IMG/VR virus record: IMGVR_UViG_3300029708_000226
Strand: one strand, 5' to 3'
DNA: 64,000 nt
Source of the DNA: a virus
Taxonomy: Duplodnaviria; Heunggongvirae; Uroviricota; Caudoviricetes
A program made the position numbers and the translations under genes. The notes beneath the pieces are model-generated. The model was not told where the DNA came from. It saw only the letters and a list, made by a program, of their open reading frames with translations, and did not search any database. Positions 1-10,010 of the stretch are shown piece after piece. Within the stretch, counting starts at the first letter, position 1, and the number at the start of each line of letters is the position of its first letter.

Positions 1-3000
1 TGCTTTTCCGTCGGCGATCAGGTCGATGCCGTTTAACTCATCAGCGGCATCATTTGAATAAGTGTAACTTGTATTATTAAACTTATCTGTAGTCTGATAA
101 GCCGTCGCCTGCGGTGTCACATGAAGCTTCATATTATTTAAAGAATCATCCATAATATAAGCAATATTAAGAGATATGTTACGCAGGTTGTTATAACGGC
201 TCATTTCGAAGTAAGAATAATCTCCGAAATAAGAATTCTCTGCTACACCACTTACAGTTTTTGTGACATCATCAATATTAATCTTACCGATATCTGTAGA
301 GTCATTCTGTCTGTAGTAATTATATTTCTGTTTCGAACCATTGTTGCTTACATTGAAAGCAAGTGCATTTACCTGATAATTTGCGGAAGGAACAGCATCT
401 CCAACTTCGCTGATCAGACCATTCGTTGATAGATAAAAAGGAGTCTTTCCGTCGGCTTTCACAAAATAAGAACCGTCTTTTTTATACACATTATCATCAA
501 GCCCCTTAATAACGATAGGAGTTGTTTCGATCGGATAATAGACCTGCGCTCCGATGTTTGAGCCTAACTTCAAATGAGCAGTTTCACCAATGTTACCTGC
601 TCCGTCAACAGCGGCTACATGAATGTATTTTGTTCCCGTTTTCTTCATATCTTTCACAGCATAAAAGTTTTCTGTCTGATAATCGCTGTTGTCTTTTGTT
701 ACGACTGTATCTTCCTTGTCATCAATTATGATCCGATAGCCTTTTACTCCGGATGTGATAACATCTGTGGTGATATTAGATTCCAGCATCGGTGCCATGG
801 TTTCAGCATAGAAGGATTTCACCTGATGCTGATAGGTCGTTCCATTATCACCGGGGTCATTCCAGATGATCGTAGTTTTCGAAAAGTCGTTATCATCTTC
901 GACAGCTTTTCGTTTCAAAGACGGCGTATTGGGGGCAGTCTCATCTGAAGCAACAATACCTTTGAGCTCATTGCTTTTAAAAATACCAAGTTCCGCACCA
1001 AATATAACGGCATTTCCGTCACCTGTCTGGGTGCTCGCATAATCTGATTTTCCAAGTAAAACTTTATTGCTGGTTCCATCGGCAGAATAACCGTTTCCGC
1101 CGCCATAAGAAGGATAGGATGTTTCGATGCCTCCTTCTGTATACCCGCAATTATAAAATCCGCCTAATGTTGCTGCGCTAATTTCGCCTTTTGATCCATA
1201 ATCCACTTTATTGTCTTTTCTTATTTTTAATTCAAATCTTACGTAAGTTACATAACTTGGTATCTGTATAGTAGTACATATAGAGTAGCTTGTTGTATTC
1301 CAAAAATCCGTTCCGCTTTTTGAACTAGACGATGTTTCTCCGCGCATATTAGCTGAAGGAGTTGGTACATAATCTTTAGAACCGTTATTGACTACATATC
1401 TTTTTATTACTCCATTTTCATCTCTATGAAGCCAATAATAGTTTCTACTTTTAATATAAGCGTTTCCACTACTGTCCCAATCTACATTGTCATGAGTTTC
1501 GTATGGTTGACGATTTAATACATTTTTAGCCGCTTCATTACCAGGTATGGCATTATTCCATAAATCTCTTCCTGCTTGAACAAGATGATCTGGATAATCA
1601 GTCCAAAATACATTTCCGTTTTGGTCATATGCATTAAGATATGCGCCACAACCGCTGCAATTATGCGCTCCATTTAATTCAAAATAACATTTTAAAACCA
1701 TGTATTTAGCTGTGCCCTTGGAGCCTTCTGCAACAGAAGTATATGTATGTTGCGAATTGTCATCATCGTCACGATAACTATTGTGCACTTGTGTTTTTGT
1801 TCTCGTTAATTCTCTTGTTCCCAGGCAATTTTCTTTATGATGATGAAGTACCGCTGTTCCTTTTTGACCGCCGATCCATCCGCCGCCTCCGCCAGCCATA
1901 CCATTTTCTCCGGCTCCAGCATTATCTGCACGATATACCCCCGAATTTGCAGCGTTTCCGTTACCTAATAAGGTAGCTCCTCCGCCGCCACCTGCAACAG
2001 CAAAATATCCTAAGCGTTTTGTGTAAAGATAAGTGCCCCCGCCGCCTGTACCATAATTCGAAGCTGTGCCTCCGGTATACGCAGATCCCTTGCCGTCCTG
2101 CGAACCAACTCCGACTCTTAATTCTTCACCTTCATATAAGAAAATACGACCTGTGACTTTGCCGCCTTTTCCTCCAACGTAGTTCCCATAATTGCCGCCC
2201 TGTGCTCCGTTAAGAGTAAAATCATACATACCGCTGTAAGGAACAATATACATCTGTTCTGTATTTTCGTTATTGCTATTCCTTATAAAAGTTGCCTTTA
2301 CTTCACCGAGATTATCAGTAATACTTGTTGAGCTTTTTACCTCAATCCAGTTCTCATTTTCTTTCTTTTGATAGATTTTAAATACTTTATCAGACGAATC
2401 GGTTTGGATCCAGGAAAGATCTACTGCCCCTTTCCCTCTATTTGCCGTCCAGTTTTCCTCACTTTCGAGGTGTAATGTAGACCACTTCGCATAAAGTGTT
2501 ATGTCATGATCCGTTGAAAATTCATCTCCTGGGCCACCGATGAATATAGTACAATCAGGATCGGCATACCATCCACCGAAATGTTTTTGGTTTTCTGGAT
2601 TATCTCCATTCGGATAGGTTGCTTCTGGTAATTTAAAACTATCTCCAGTATAATTGGCCGTAACAGTATCTACACAACCATCATACCAGTCAGATTTCGT
2701 AGAAGCAAAGATATTATTAGTATCATATGCTCCAAATAAATATTGCTTATATTTTTCATTAAACATTCCGCGTAATGGATTTGCAAATGTCCAACCAGAA
2801 AAATGAGTTGTAGTATGAGTTGATTCAATTTCGTATCCACCTTGGGTATCATAACTAACTGTTGCACCGGTGGGAGGTGTTAATTTATCCGAGTCCAGAG
2901 AATAAACCGTGCGGAAACGTTGAGTAATAGTGGTTTCACCATTATAGGAACCACCATTAGGATTAATCACAAGAGTAGAATAAGCTGGTTTCCATTGGGC

Positions 3001-3843
3001 ATACAAAATAACTACTTTTCCATTATCGCTATTTCCTAAATTCAGCTTATTTTGAATATTAAGAAAATCATCTTCATTTTCAAATTTTTGCCCGCTTCCA
3101 TCACGTTTGGTATTCCAACAATCAAACACATAACCTGTTCTATAAAATACATTGGTTGATAATTTTGTTTGTGGTGAAACTGTTTTTCCTTCAAAGACTG
3201 TATTATTATTATAATAATGATAGCTGTTAGTAATGTATCCGCCGTTAGCGCCGTTCCCATTATATTGAATTGTATATCTATTCCATGATATTTCATCACA
3301 TTTGTGATTAATACCTGCACCGTTTTCCAAATTATTACAATTGGGATCTACACAATTAGATACAAAGCAATCACCATTTGTTAATGATTTTATCTGACTA
3401 ATTGTGTCTTTCGTAGAATAAAATAAAATAGTTATTTCTCTACCGCATTTTGCGCATGTAGCTATCCAGCCGGGTTGGCATTTTGTTGTTATACAAGATT
3501 GCCTTCCAAAGGAAAAACCCATCCAATTATTTCCATCTGGATAAGAATTATGAATACAATAATGTTCAGAATATTCTAATGTCCATTTGGAAATTAATAT
3601 ATTACCTGTGTATTCAGCCGCATATAAATGCTGTCCTTTTTCTGTCTTTGTCAGAGTAACAGGGCGAAAATATACCTCTTCTTTCATTTTGCCATCATAG
3701 ATATTTTGATTATACCGATCCAGGGTAAATGCTTCTCCTGTTGAAGATCTTTCAATTCCAGTATTAGCAGAAACAGTCATTCCGCTCATTAAAATGCATG
3801 TAGCCAGTAACGGAAAAAGCAATTTGGTCTTAAGTTTTCTCAT
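1..3843 (-). CDS. Large secreted adhesin-like protein (signal peptide, InlB B-repeat/Listeria-Bacteroides-like repeats, Gly-rich domain); partial, runs off left edge
   Basis: Absent from the ORF track because it has no stop in the window. ATG at 3843 with AAAGGAG RBS; MRKLKTKLLFPLLATCILMSGMTVSA signal peptide; GYVFDCWNTKRDGSG...LYAQWK and GGWY...ITLYAKW repeat motifs; GAQGG...GGKGG...GGGGG Gly-rich block; frame open wherever checked down to position 1. Confidence 0.85.
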   Translation of the reverse strand, partial: MRKLKTKLLFPLLATCILMSGMTVSANTGIERSSTGEAFTLDRYNQNIYDGKMKEEVYFRPVTLTKTEKGQHLYAAEYTGNILISKWTLEYSEHYCIHNSYPDGNNWMGFSFGRQSCITTKCQPGWIATCAKCGREITILFYSTKDTISQIKSLTNGDCFVSNCVDPNCNNLENGAGINHKCDEISWNRYTIQYNGNGANGGYITNSYHYYNNNTVFEGKTVSPQTKLSTNVFYRTGYVFDCWNTKRDGSGQKFENEDDFLNIQNKLNLGNSDNGKVVILYAQWKPAYSTLVINPNGGSYNGETTITQRFRTVYSLDSDKLTPPTGATVSYDTQGGYEIESTHTTTHFSGWTFANPLRGMFNEKYKQYLFGAYDTNNIFASTKSDWYDGCVDTVTANYTGDSFKLPEATYPNGDNPENQKHFGGWYADPDCTIFIGGPGDEFSTDHDITLYAKWSTLHLESEENWTANRGKGAVDLSWIQTDSSDKVFKIYQKKENENWIEVKSSTSITDNLGEVKATFIRNSNNENTEQMYIVPYSGMYDFTLNGAQGGNYGNYVGGKGGKVTGRIFLYEGEELRVGVGSQDGKGSAYTGGTASNYGTGGGGTYLYTKRLGYFAVAGGGGGATLLGNGNAANSGVYRADNAGAGENGMAGGGGGWIGGQKGTAVLHHHKENCLGTRELTRTKTQVHNSYRDDDDNSQHTYTSVAEGSKGTAKYMVLKCYFELNGAHNCSGCGAYLNAYDQNGNVFWTDYPDHLVQAGRDLWNNAIPGNEAAKNVLNRQPYETHDNVDWDSSGNAYIKSRNYYWLHRDENGVIKRYVVNNGSKDYVPTPSANMRGETSSSSKSGTDFWNTTSYSICTTIQIPSYVTYVRFELKIRKDNKVDYGSKGEISAATLGGFYNCGYTEGGIETSYPSYGGGNGYSADGTSNKVLLGKSDYASTQTGDGNAVIFGAELGIFKSNELKGIVASDETAPNTPSLKRKAVEDDNDFSKTTIIWNDPGDNGTTYQHQVKSFYAETMAPMLESNITTDVITSGVKGYRIIIDDKEDTVVTKDNSDYQTENFYAVKDMKKTGTKYIHVAAVDGAGNIGETAHLKLGSNIGAQVYYPIETTPIVIKGLDDNVYKKDGSYFVKADGKTPFYLSTNGLISEVGDAVPSANYQVNALAFNVSNNGSKQKYNYYRQNDSTDIGKINIDDVTKTVSGVAENSYFGDYSYFEMSRYNNLRNISLNIAYIMDDSLNNMKLHVTPQATAYQTTDKFNNTSYTYSNDAADELNGIDLIADGKA

Positions 3844-3916
3844 ATCGATTCTCCTTTCTTTTTAAATCTTCTCTTAATTAATATGACAGAAAGATTGAAA
3901 GAACGGAAATCTACAC

Positions 3917-3944
3917 AAAAAGAGTCTCTTCGGAGGCTCTTTTT
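3917..3944 (-). terminator. Rho-independent terminator
   Basis: AAAAAGAGTCTC-TTCG-GAGGCTCTTTTT hairpin with A/T tails. Confidence 0.7.
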
Positions 3945-4103
3945 GTGGACTCTGAGAATACAGATATACCCGCCTCATAATACGGCAGCCAAAGGAAAAT
4001 CAAATCAGAAAATCTATATGATTATAAATAAAAGAGTCTCATTTTATAAATAAGACTCTTTTAACATTTTGCTTTTATTCAGTTAGTTCGTTATCTCTAA
4101 TAA

Positions 4104-5072
4104 TCATTCAATTGTTGTATCAGATGCTGTCGATCCACCATTCTCGCCTGAATCAGTATTAGAATCTTCCAAATCTGCATTTGTGCTTTCTGAATTGCCA
4201 GTATTTTCTGTATTTGCTCCAGAATCGGGATTTGTTACCCAATCCGGCAGAGACGGAAGAGTCGGTTCAGAATGATCAACCAATTCTTCTCCACACCTGC
4301 TACACCATCCGCTTCCATTATCAGAATGGCCTAAACCAGAGATCCCTCCACTGTTGATTACAGCTCCGCACAGATCACAGGTTTCTTCCCACCAACCACC
4401 AGATGTGCAGGTGGGTTCCGTTGTGGTATGTCTGCTTATACTTCCATGTCCCGTCTGAGGATAATAATCTTTTCCAAGATATTCCCCACAAAGATTACAA
4501 TACAATTCTCCGTATCCGTCATGCTGGCAGTTAGCTTCTACGACAGTTACGCTTCTGCAGGATGTATGAGCACACGCAGGCTTAGGTGTTGCAGTTGGCT
4601 GTGGAGTTGTTGCCGTAGGTTTTGTTGTAGGCTTAGGTGTTGTTGTTGCGGTTGCAGTAGGTTTTGTTGTAGCGCTGGGCTTCGGGGTCGCAGTTGCTCC
4701 TGTTTTCGTGTTTGAAACAGTTGTTGCACTACCTGTTTTCCCAGTGCTATTTGAAGCTGTTGTTGTCTTCGGAGTTGCTGTAGGATTTACTGTCGTTACA
4801 GGTGCTGATGTTTCCTTTGGATTTTCTGACGTCTTAGGAGCTTCAGTCGTTGTAACAGCAGTTGTTGCTTGCATGGAATCTACAGTTTCCGCAGTATTAT
4901 CCAGCTTATTTTCCTTGGTTTCCTCAAAATTACTTTCTTCAGTTGTCTCAGTGGTTTCAACGACCGTTTCAGGAATCGCTGTCTCCGTTGCTTTTGTAGT
5001 CTTATTCCCACAAGCTGTCATGGATACTACCATGATTCCTGCGAGGATAGTTGTTAAAAATCTTTTTCTCAT
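4104..5072 (-). CDS. Lipoprotein with Thr/Pro-rich stalk and CxxC/His repeats
   Basis: Lipobox SMTA-C; TPKP repeats; H...EPTCT..G...CDLCG repeats. Confidence 0.8.
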   Translation of the reverse strand: MRKRFLTTILAGIMVVSMTACGNKTTKATETAIPETVVETTETTEESNFEETKENKLDNTAETVDSMQATTAVTTTEAPKTSENPKETSAPVTTVNPTATPKTTTASNSTGKTGSATTVSNTKTGATATPKPSATTKPTATATTTPKPTTKPTATTPQPTATPKPACAHTSCRSVTVVEANCQHDGYGELYCNLCGEYLGKDYYPQTGHGSISRHTTTEPTCTSGGWWEETCDLCGAVINSGGISGLGHSDNGSGWCSRCGEELVDHSEPTLPSLPDWVTNPDSGANTENTGNSESTNADLEDSNTDSGENGGSTASDTTIE

Positions 5073-5218
5073 TTGGATTCTCCTTTGATATATGTTAAGT
5101 TGTTTTGTTTTAACTGATAAGGCTATTATAACATATATTTAGAGAAACACAAAATTCTGCACAGAAATTTTGAATTTCATCCAGCAAATATATATGAGAG
5201 AATACAAATTTCTGCACA

Positions 5219-5368
5219 GTTTCGATTCACGCCCCCTCGAAGGGGAGATTTAGATTGAGGTTACCAAAGATATTTCAGCATGTTTTCAATTCACGCCTCT
5301 TTGTGATGAGCGACCAGCTTAACGCTGTCACGGGCATATTTCAATTCACGTTCCACGCAGGAAGCGAT
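5219..5368 (-). CRISPR. Degenerate type I-C-like CRISPR mini-array (3 repeats, spacers 33 and 23 nt)
   Basis: Repeats 5219-5249 GTTTCGATTCACGCCCCCTCGAAGGGGAGAT, 5283-5314 TTTTCAATTCACGCCTCTTTGTGATGAGCGAC, 5338-5368 ATTTCAATTCACGTTCCACGCAGGAAGCGAT resemble the reverse complement of I-C repeats (GTCGC...GTGGATTGAAAT); cas3 relic 1.3 kb away. Confidence 0.75.
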
Positions 5369-5388
5369 GGCGACGCATAATACGCAAT

Positions 5389-5556
5389 TTACTTTATCGA
5401 TTCATCCTCTTCTGTTCCTTTCATTTCCTTTTCAGGCGTAATTTCCAATTCATTGTCATCATCCTCAAAAAAAGGGACGTGAACTGGACCAAATAATATA
5501 CACCAAACAATAAGGACGAGCAATATAGCGATTATTAAAATGATTTTTGAAAGCAT
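5389..5556 (-). CDS. Small single-pass membrane protein
   Basis: AAAGGAG RBS before ATG 5556 (MLSKIILIIAILLVLIVWCILF); acidic tail. Confidence 0.65.
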   Translation of the reverse strand: MLSKIILIIAILLVLIVWCILFGPVHVPFFEDDDNELEITPEKEMKGTEEDESIK

Positions 5557-5740
5557 ATTTATATTTTCTCCTTTCTTGCGACGGATCCGGTTTTTGATTT
5601 TCACGGTCAGGGAGCGAATCTTTTTATGCAGAACGGTGTTTGTTATAGCTGCCGTATCTTAACCGGAATTTCGCCGCAAACACCCCGATGAGTGTTTTGC
5701 GCGGCCAGATCCTGTCGAACCCGTTTAATGTTCCTTACAT

Positions 5741-5788
5741 AATTATTATGACAGAATTTTGTGTTCCGTACAGATTTCTGCACAGAAA
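5741..5788 (-). promoter_or_regulatory. Example of element-specific promoter: TCTGTCATAATAAT plus upstream palindrome TTTCTGTGCAGAAA
   Basis: One of 31 copies of the motif; palindrome 5775-5788 lies 24 bp from the CATAAT hexamer. Confidence 0.75.
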
Positions 5789-5889
5789 GACGTATTCTTT
5801 TCACAGTCTAAAGACGGGAGGCTTTCTGCTATGATAGTTGTAAAAAAACTGGAATCATAAGACTCCGGTTTTTTATTGTTAATTACATC

Positions 5890-6168
5890 TTAATTAGTTA
5901 GATAAACCGATGTAATGTTGGCAGATCCACCGCTTGAACTGCCATTATATGTACCAGCCATAACAGCTAATAATAATTGCTGCTCATATTTCTTGACCTT
6001 ATTACCGTCAAAGAATAACTTTTTCAGCTGTATGCTATCTATTACAGTACTTAAGGCTGTGAGAGTAATACCATTTGTCGAAATTTCCTTGCATTACTCG
6101 GAAAGCTGGTAAGCAGACAGGCTGCAGCTAAAACCAAGGCTGTGAATTTATATCTACGTAATATCATA
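5890..6168 (-). pseudogene. Frameshifted fragment of a secreted protein
   Basis: MILRRYKFTALVLAAACLLTSFPSNA signal peptide, then frameshift to EISTNGITLTALST...SVYLTN*; own promoter motif at 6198. Confidence 0.5.
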
Positions 6169-6257
6169 AGATAAATTCTCTTTTCTAATATTAATATGAA
6201 AGATTTTTAGATATAACAAAACCGAAATCATAAGACTCCGGTTTCTTTCTCTTTTTT

Positions 6258-6297
6258 GAAAAGCTCCCTCACAGGAAGGAGTTTTGTTTACAGTCTG
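6258..6297. mobile_element. Scar of an IS1182-type right end
   Basis: TTTGTTTACAGTCTG matches the end TTTGTCTACAGTCTG of the intact IS at 13979 and is followed by a hairpin (6298-6324), as at the intact insertion. Confidence 0.5.
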
Positions 6298-6333
6298 AAG
6301 CCAGACTATTGAGTCTGGCTTCTTAAGTTCCAA

Positions 6334-6606
6334 TTATTTTAAATAGTTTTGTTTCGTGATTCTTGCCGAATAATTTATCTTTTTGCCGCATGTCGGGCAA
6401 AAGCGATGATATTTTGCGAATGATTCAACATCAAATTCGGCAACCAAATCGCTGCTTCTGTCCCAATAGTCACACTTCGGTATTTGCCCAAGTACACCAG
6501 GACCTCCGCCAACGCCTTCCGGGTCACATTCACTACAAAAAGCATATACGCCCTCGATTTCTTCGCTGAATGGTTTTTTATCAATTCTTAATACAATTCC
6601 TGCCAT
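6334..6606 (-). CDS. Small Zn-finger-like hypothetical protein
   Basis: CSEC and CPTCG motifs; GGAGG RBS; promoter motif at 6645. Confidence 0.7.
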   Translation of the reverse strand: MAGIVLRIDKKPFSEEIEGVYAFCSECDPEGVGGGPGVLGQIPKCDYWDRSSDLVAEFDVESFAKYHRFCPTCGKKINYSARITKQNYLK

Positions 6607-6666
6607 GTTATTTTTCCTCCTTTTGTCTTTTGTAAAATTAATATGAAAGAAAATAAAATGAAAATG

Positions 6667-7658
6667 TCAGACGTCTTCTGTTAATATTCCCGTTTTCGCA
6701 TCATAACGTGTCACATCCTTCAAATACGCTATTCCGTCGTACTCCCCGACAACGTCTTCCTCATACATCTTTTTGAGCTCCGTATAAGTCACCTGCGCCG
6801 TATATTTGAAGATTTTGTCGATATTTTTTAATTGCCCTTCTTTTATTTGTTGCAACATTTCAGCGCTGTTTTTATCCTGCGGAATAAATACACTGTACTG
6901 CCCCGGGGCATCGATCATCTTAAAAACATCCTCGGCGCATTCTTTCGAAGTCAAGATCCGTTCCCGCTTCCATCATCGGCGTGGAAATTACAATGATTTG
7001 CTCTTTCCCGGGATTTTTAATTTTTCCCGGATCTCTTCCATGGCTTTTTGTCTGTCATTCGCCGTCTGATATGTAGAAAGATAATATACCTGCGTATTTT
7101 TCTGTTTTAGGTATTCAAAATACATTTTCAGTGCACTTCTCTTCCCGTTCGTGATAATAAGAAGAGATTTCTTTCCTTTCGCACATTGAATCAGATCGCT
7201 GCCGCTGCAATTTTAATATATTTGTAGCGGCAATTATAAAATTCCGGAAATAAGAACTTATCCGGGACCATATCCCTGATATCCAGCCCCGTTTGCACAT
7301 ATTCATTGAATAGTGGCTGAATATCCGGCATAACGGCAGATAAAAGGAAAGATATGCTTCCGCAGTTATGACATAGGAAATCGACTGCCTGTAAGCATGG
7401 TAGCAGTAGCGGCACCGGGAGCTTTTATATTTCGTCAAATACGAGAATGCTGTCTTCCATATTATGCAGTTTCCGGAGAGATTTCTTTTTATTACCGCAT
7501 ACCGAATCAAAGAACTTTGCCGCCGTTGTGATAATAAACGGCGCATTCCAGTTTTCGAGTGCATCTTCTTTTAATGATCCGCTTTTCTCTTCTGCCATGC
7601 TATATGTGGACTGGTGCCTCAAAATCAATGCCAACAACAACGATTCAAACATAACCAT
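6667..7658 (-). pseudogene. cas3: Heavily deleted, frameshifted type I-C cas3 helicase relic
   Basis: ENWNAPFIITT...LRKLHNMEDSILVFDE, LPCLQAV, YYLST...RQKAMEEIR, VISTPMMEAGTDLDF and C-terminal YDAKTG segments in several frames; HD domain and Walker A missing. Confidence 0.85.
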
Positions 7659-7865
7659 GTTTTTCTCTCCTTTCTGTCATAAGAGGATACTACTATTATA
7701 ACAGAAACAGCGGATTTAGAATATTTCTGTACAGAAATTTATATTCCCGTTTTTTGTTAACGTCGGCGGATACTGTAATTTTGAACAATGCGTCATCTTC
7801 TGCATAAAGAAAACCGGAATCACAAAACTCCGGTTTCTTTCTCCTTTTTAATTTTCTTAATTAAC

Positions 7866-8294
7866 TCATGTCATGAATATTTCCCTGGTATCCATCAAAA
7901 TATGACCGAGAAAATTAGCTCCTTTCCCGTTGACGGTTCCCCAAAACTGATCACCCCAGGTATTTCCTTCTTCCAGATAGGCATCGCCGGTTTCTAAAAG
8001 CTTCTGCGCTAACTCTGGATGCTGATTGAATTTTGCGACCACGATACCTCTCATAATGTTTACTTTTTCTTTTTCCCAATCGGGTCGCAGATTTACTTTT
8101 TTACCAAATCTTTTTGCTTCTAAAGCAGTCATCTCTGTAAACCGGAGTCTTTCATTCTGATCTCTGCATTTTTGTGCCTGAAATGCGGCTTCACTGTTTT
8201 TATATATGATACCGTCAATATTAACCTGGGCTTCATAAAAGTTGCTGAGAAAAGCATATTCTCCTTTAAAATTACTGATTTTACTTTGATTCAT
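7866..8294 (-). CDS. NADAR (YbiA-like) family protein
   Basis: FLSNFY...SEAAFQAQK...AKRFG...DW...M...AKF.QHPEL...LLETG...E.N.WGD.FWG...G.N.LG.ILM; ATG overlaps upstream stop. Confidence 0.9.
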   Translation of the reverse strand: MNQSKISNFKGEYAFLSNFYEAQVNIDGIIYKNSEAAFQAQKCRDQNERLRFTEMTALEAKRFGKKVNLRPDWEKEKVNIMRGIVVAKFNQHPELAQKLLETGDAYLEEGNTWGDQFWGTVNGKGANFLGHILMDTREIFMT

Positions 8295-9079
8295 CACCCT
8301 TTCTCCCTCCAGATACATTCGCCATATTGCCATACTTCAACAATATCATAATCCTGATTACTTGTATGGTGCATAGTATCGGTAAATTCAATAGCCAGAA
8401 ATTTTTCTTCAATTTCATGATTGTCTTTAACCAACCGAAATCTGCCGTTATCGTTCCTTTCGACAACGCCCCATATTCCGCATCTAAACACGACGTACAT
8501 TCCATTTCGCAAGTCATCGAGACACTGAATTCCATTCCTTTTCCAGAATGGTTTTTGCTCAGGTGAACATTCGGTACTTGCATATATAGCTACAATGTCC
8601 AAACCATTTAATAAACGATTCGGGGCATATTTGCCATCTTTTTGATATGTATTTAACAAAAGACGATGATTTTTGTGAAAGTGTTTAACAATCTCCAATT
8701 GTCCAGCTTTGTTGCAAACAACATCATATCTGTATCCATTTGCGAGCTCAACACTCATTCCCAGCCTGATAGTATCGACTATTTCATTGCTGTATTTCTC
8801 GTAAATTAATTTGTCGATGTAATCATATACATCATGACTTTCTGAGTTCAAGACTCCTGTGGTTGCTTTTACGAAATCCAATCCATTTTTGTTGCAATAA
8901 TATGCTAAATACAGGTAGTCATAATCATAGTATTCGTCAAAAAACGGATATTTTTCCTTTAGTTTATTTCGGATATCGTTAAGCTTTTTTCCCATGAATT
9001 TTTTTACCCAGGTTTTTACACCCACAGCATTTCCGTAGGCTACCAAATAATCACAATAATCTTTAATGATATTTTCCAT
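8294..9079 (-). CDS. Hypothetical protein
   Basis: 261 aa ORF with GAGG RBS, coupled to NADAR. Confidence 0.75.
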   Translation of the reverse strand: MENIIKDYCDYLVAYGNAVGVKTWVKKFMGKKLNDIRNKLKEKYPFFDEYYDYDYLYLAYYCNKNGLDFVKATTGVLNSESHDVYDYIDKLIYEKYSNEIVDTIRLGMSVELANGYRYDVVCNKAGQLEIVKHFHKNHRLLLNTYQKDGKYAPNRLLNGLDIVAIYASTECSPEQKPFWKRNGIQCLDDLRNGMYVVFRCGIWGVVERNDNGRFRLVKDNHEIEEKFLAIEFTDTMHHTSNQDYDIVEVWQYGECIWREKG

Positions 9080-9112
9080 ATAAGCTGTTCCTCTACAGAT
9101 AGATCCGCCGGG

Positions 9113-9619
9113 CTAAGCTGCCTGGCGGATTTCATTAAGTTTTTGTAGTGCTACTTCTTCTCTTTTGAATTCTTCACAGGTAATCGTTATGATATTCTCA
9201 AGAAAAGCGTATGCATTTTTAATTTTCTCATGTTCCCCGAATTCAAGTGAAGTTTTGTATTTCGTAAATGCATTACAAATCTCAGGAATATAATAGGTCT
9301 CCAGTCTGGATCCGAGAGTAAATAAATGATTGCGCTTAAAATAATGAGTACAGTCTCTGATGTAGTACAGTTTGTTCTTCAGATATTCCGGCAGCAGATC
9401 TGTTTCTGAAATCTGATCCAGTGTCCGAAGACGATAAGGCTGTTTATTTTTCTTTCTATTGCCACCTGTACTTCCTGCTCTTTTTCTAGCAAATAGTTTT
9501 CTGTATTTTTTCTTAGGCTGCATACATATTCCGGCCACAATCAGAATTGATAACATGATCACTACAAAAAGTGTGGTAAGTTCGATGACAGGTCCGATTT
9601 TATTAATCATTTCTAACAT
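9113..9619 (-). CDS. Hypothetical membrane-anchored protein
   Basis: GGAGG RBS before ATG 9619; N-terminal TM helix; promoter motif at 9656. Confidence 0.7.
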   Translation of the reverse strand: MLEMINKIGPVIELTTLFVVIMLSILIVAGICMQPKKKYRKLFARKRAGSTGGNRKKNKQPYRLRTLDQISETDLLPEYLKNKLYYIRDCTHYFKRNHLFTLGSRLETYYIPEICNAFTKYKTSLEFGEHEKIKNAYAFLENIITITCEEFKREEVALQKLNEIRQAA

Positions 9620-10010
9620 ATTTTCCTCCGCTTTTCTATTTAGTAACATTAATATGAAAGAAAACTTTGATATAAAATTATAAATGAATACAATAATATC
9701 AAGTCAAAAACTTCTGACTTTGATACCTATAGATCACTTCGCTCTACGTACTCCCATAATCCTGCTCAATATTAGCATAACGTTAGATTATCATGTAGCT
9801 TTTATCTTATATGGGGGCTGGTCCTACTATAAAGAAACTCATGTGAGCTTAAACCTTTTGTCCACAGCATTATATAATTAATTTCTGTGCAGAAAATTTA
9901 TCAACATAGTAACTCACGATATACTATATATAAAAAATAAACGATTTTCTTCTCCAAAAAAAGAAAAGTGTGTTATAATTGGTCTCATTGGTAAACGGTG
10001 GAGGCATCGA

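Noticed and set aside
522..3320. Short ORFs listed in the track inside the first 3.8 kb, and antisense ORFs within large genes elsewhere
   Set aside because: Shadows of the long minus-strand genes
1..5400. Diversity-generating retroelement or shufflon acting on the adhesin
   Set aside because: No reverse transcriptase, template/variable repeat pair or inverted cassette repeats seen in the window
5700..5736. tmRNA, because of GGGTTCGACAGG on the minus strand
   Set aside because: No T-arm/acceptor 3' end or CCA, and too short; kept only as a possible structured leader
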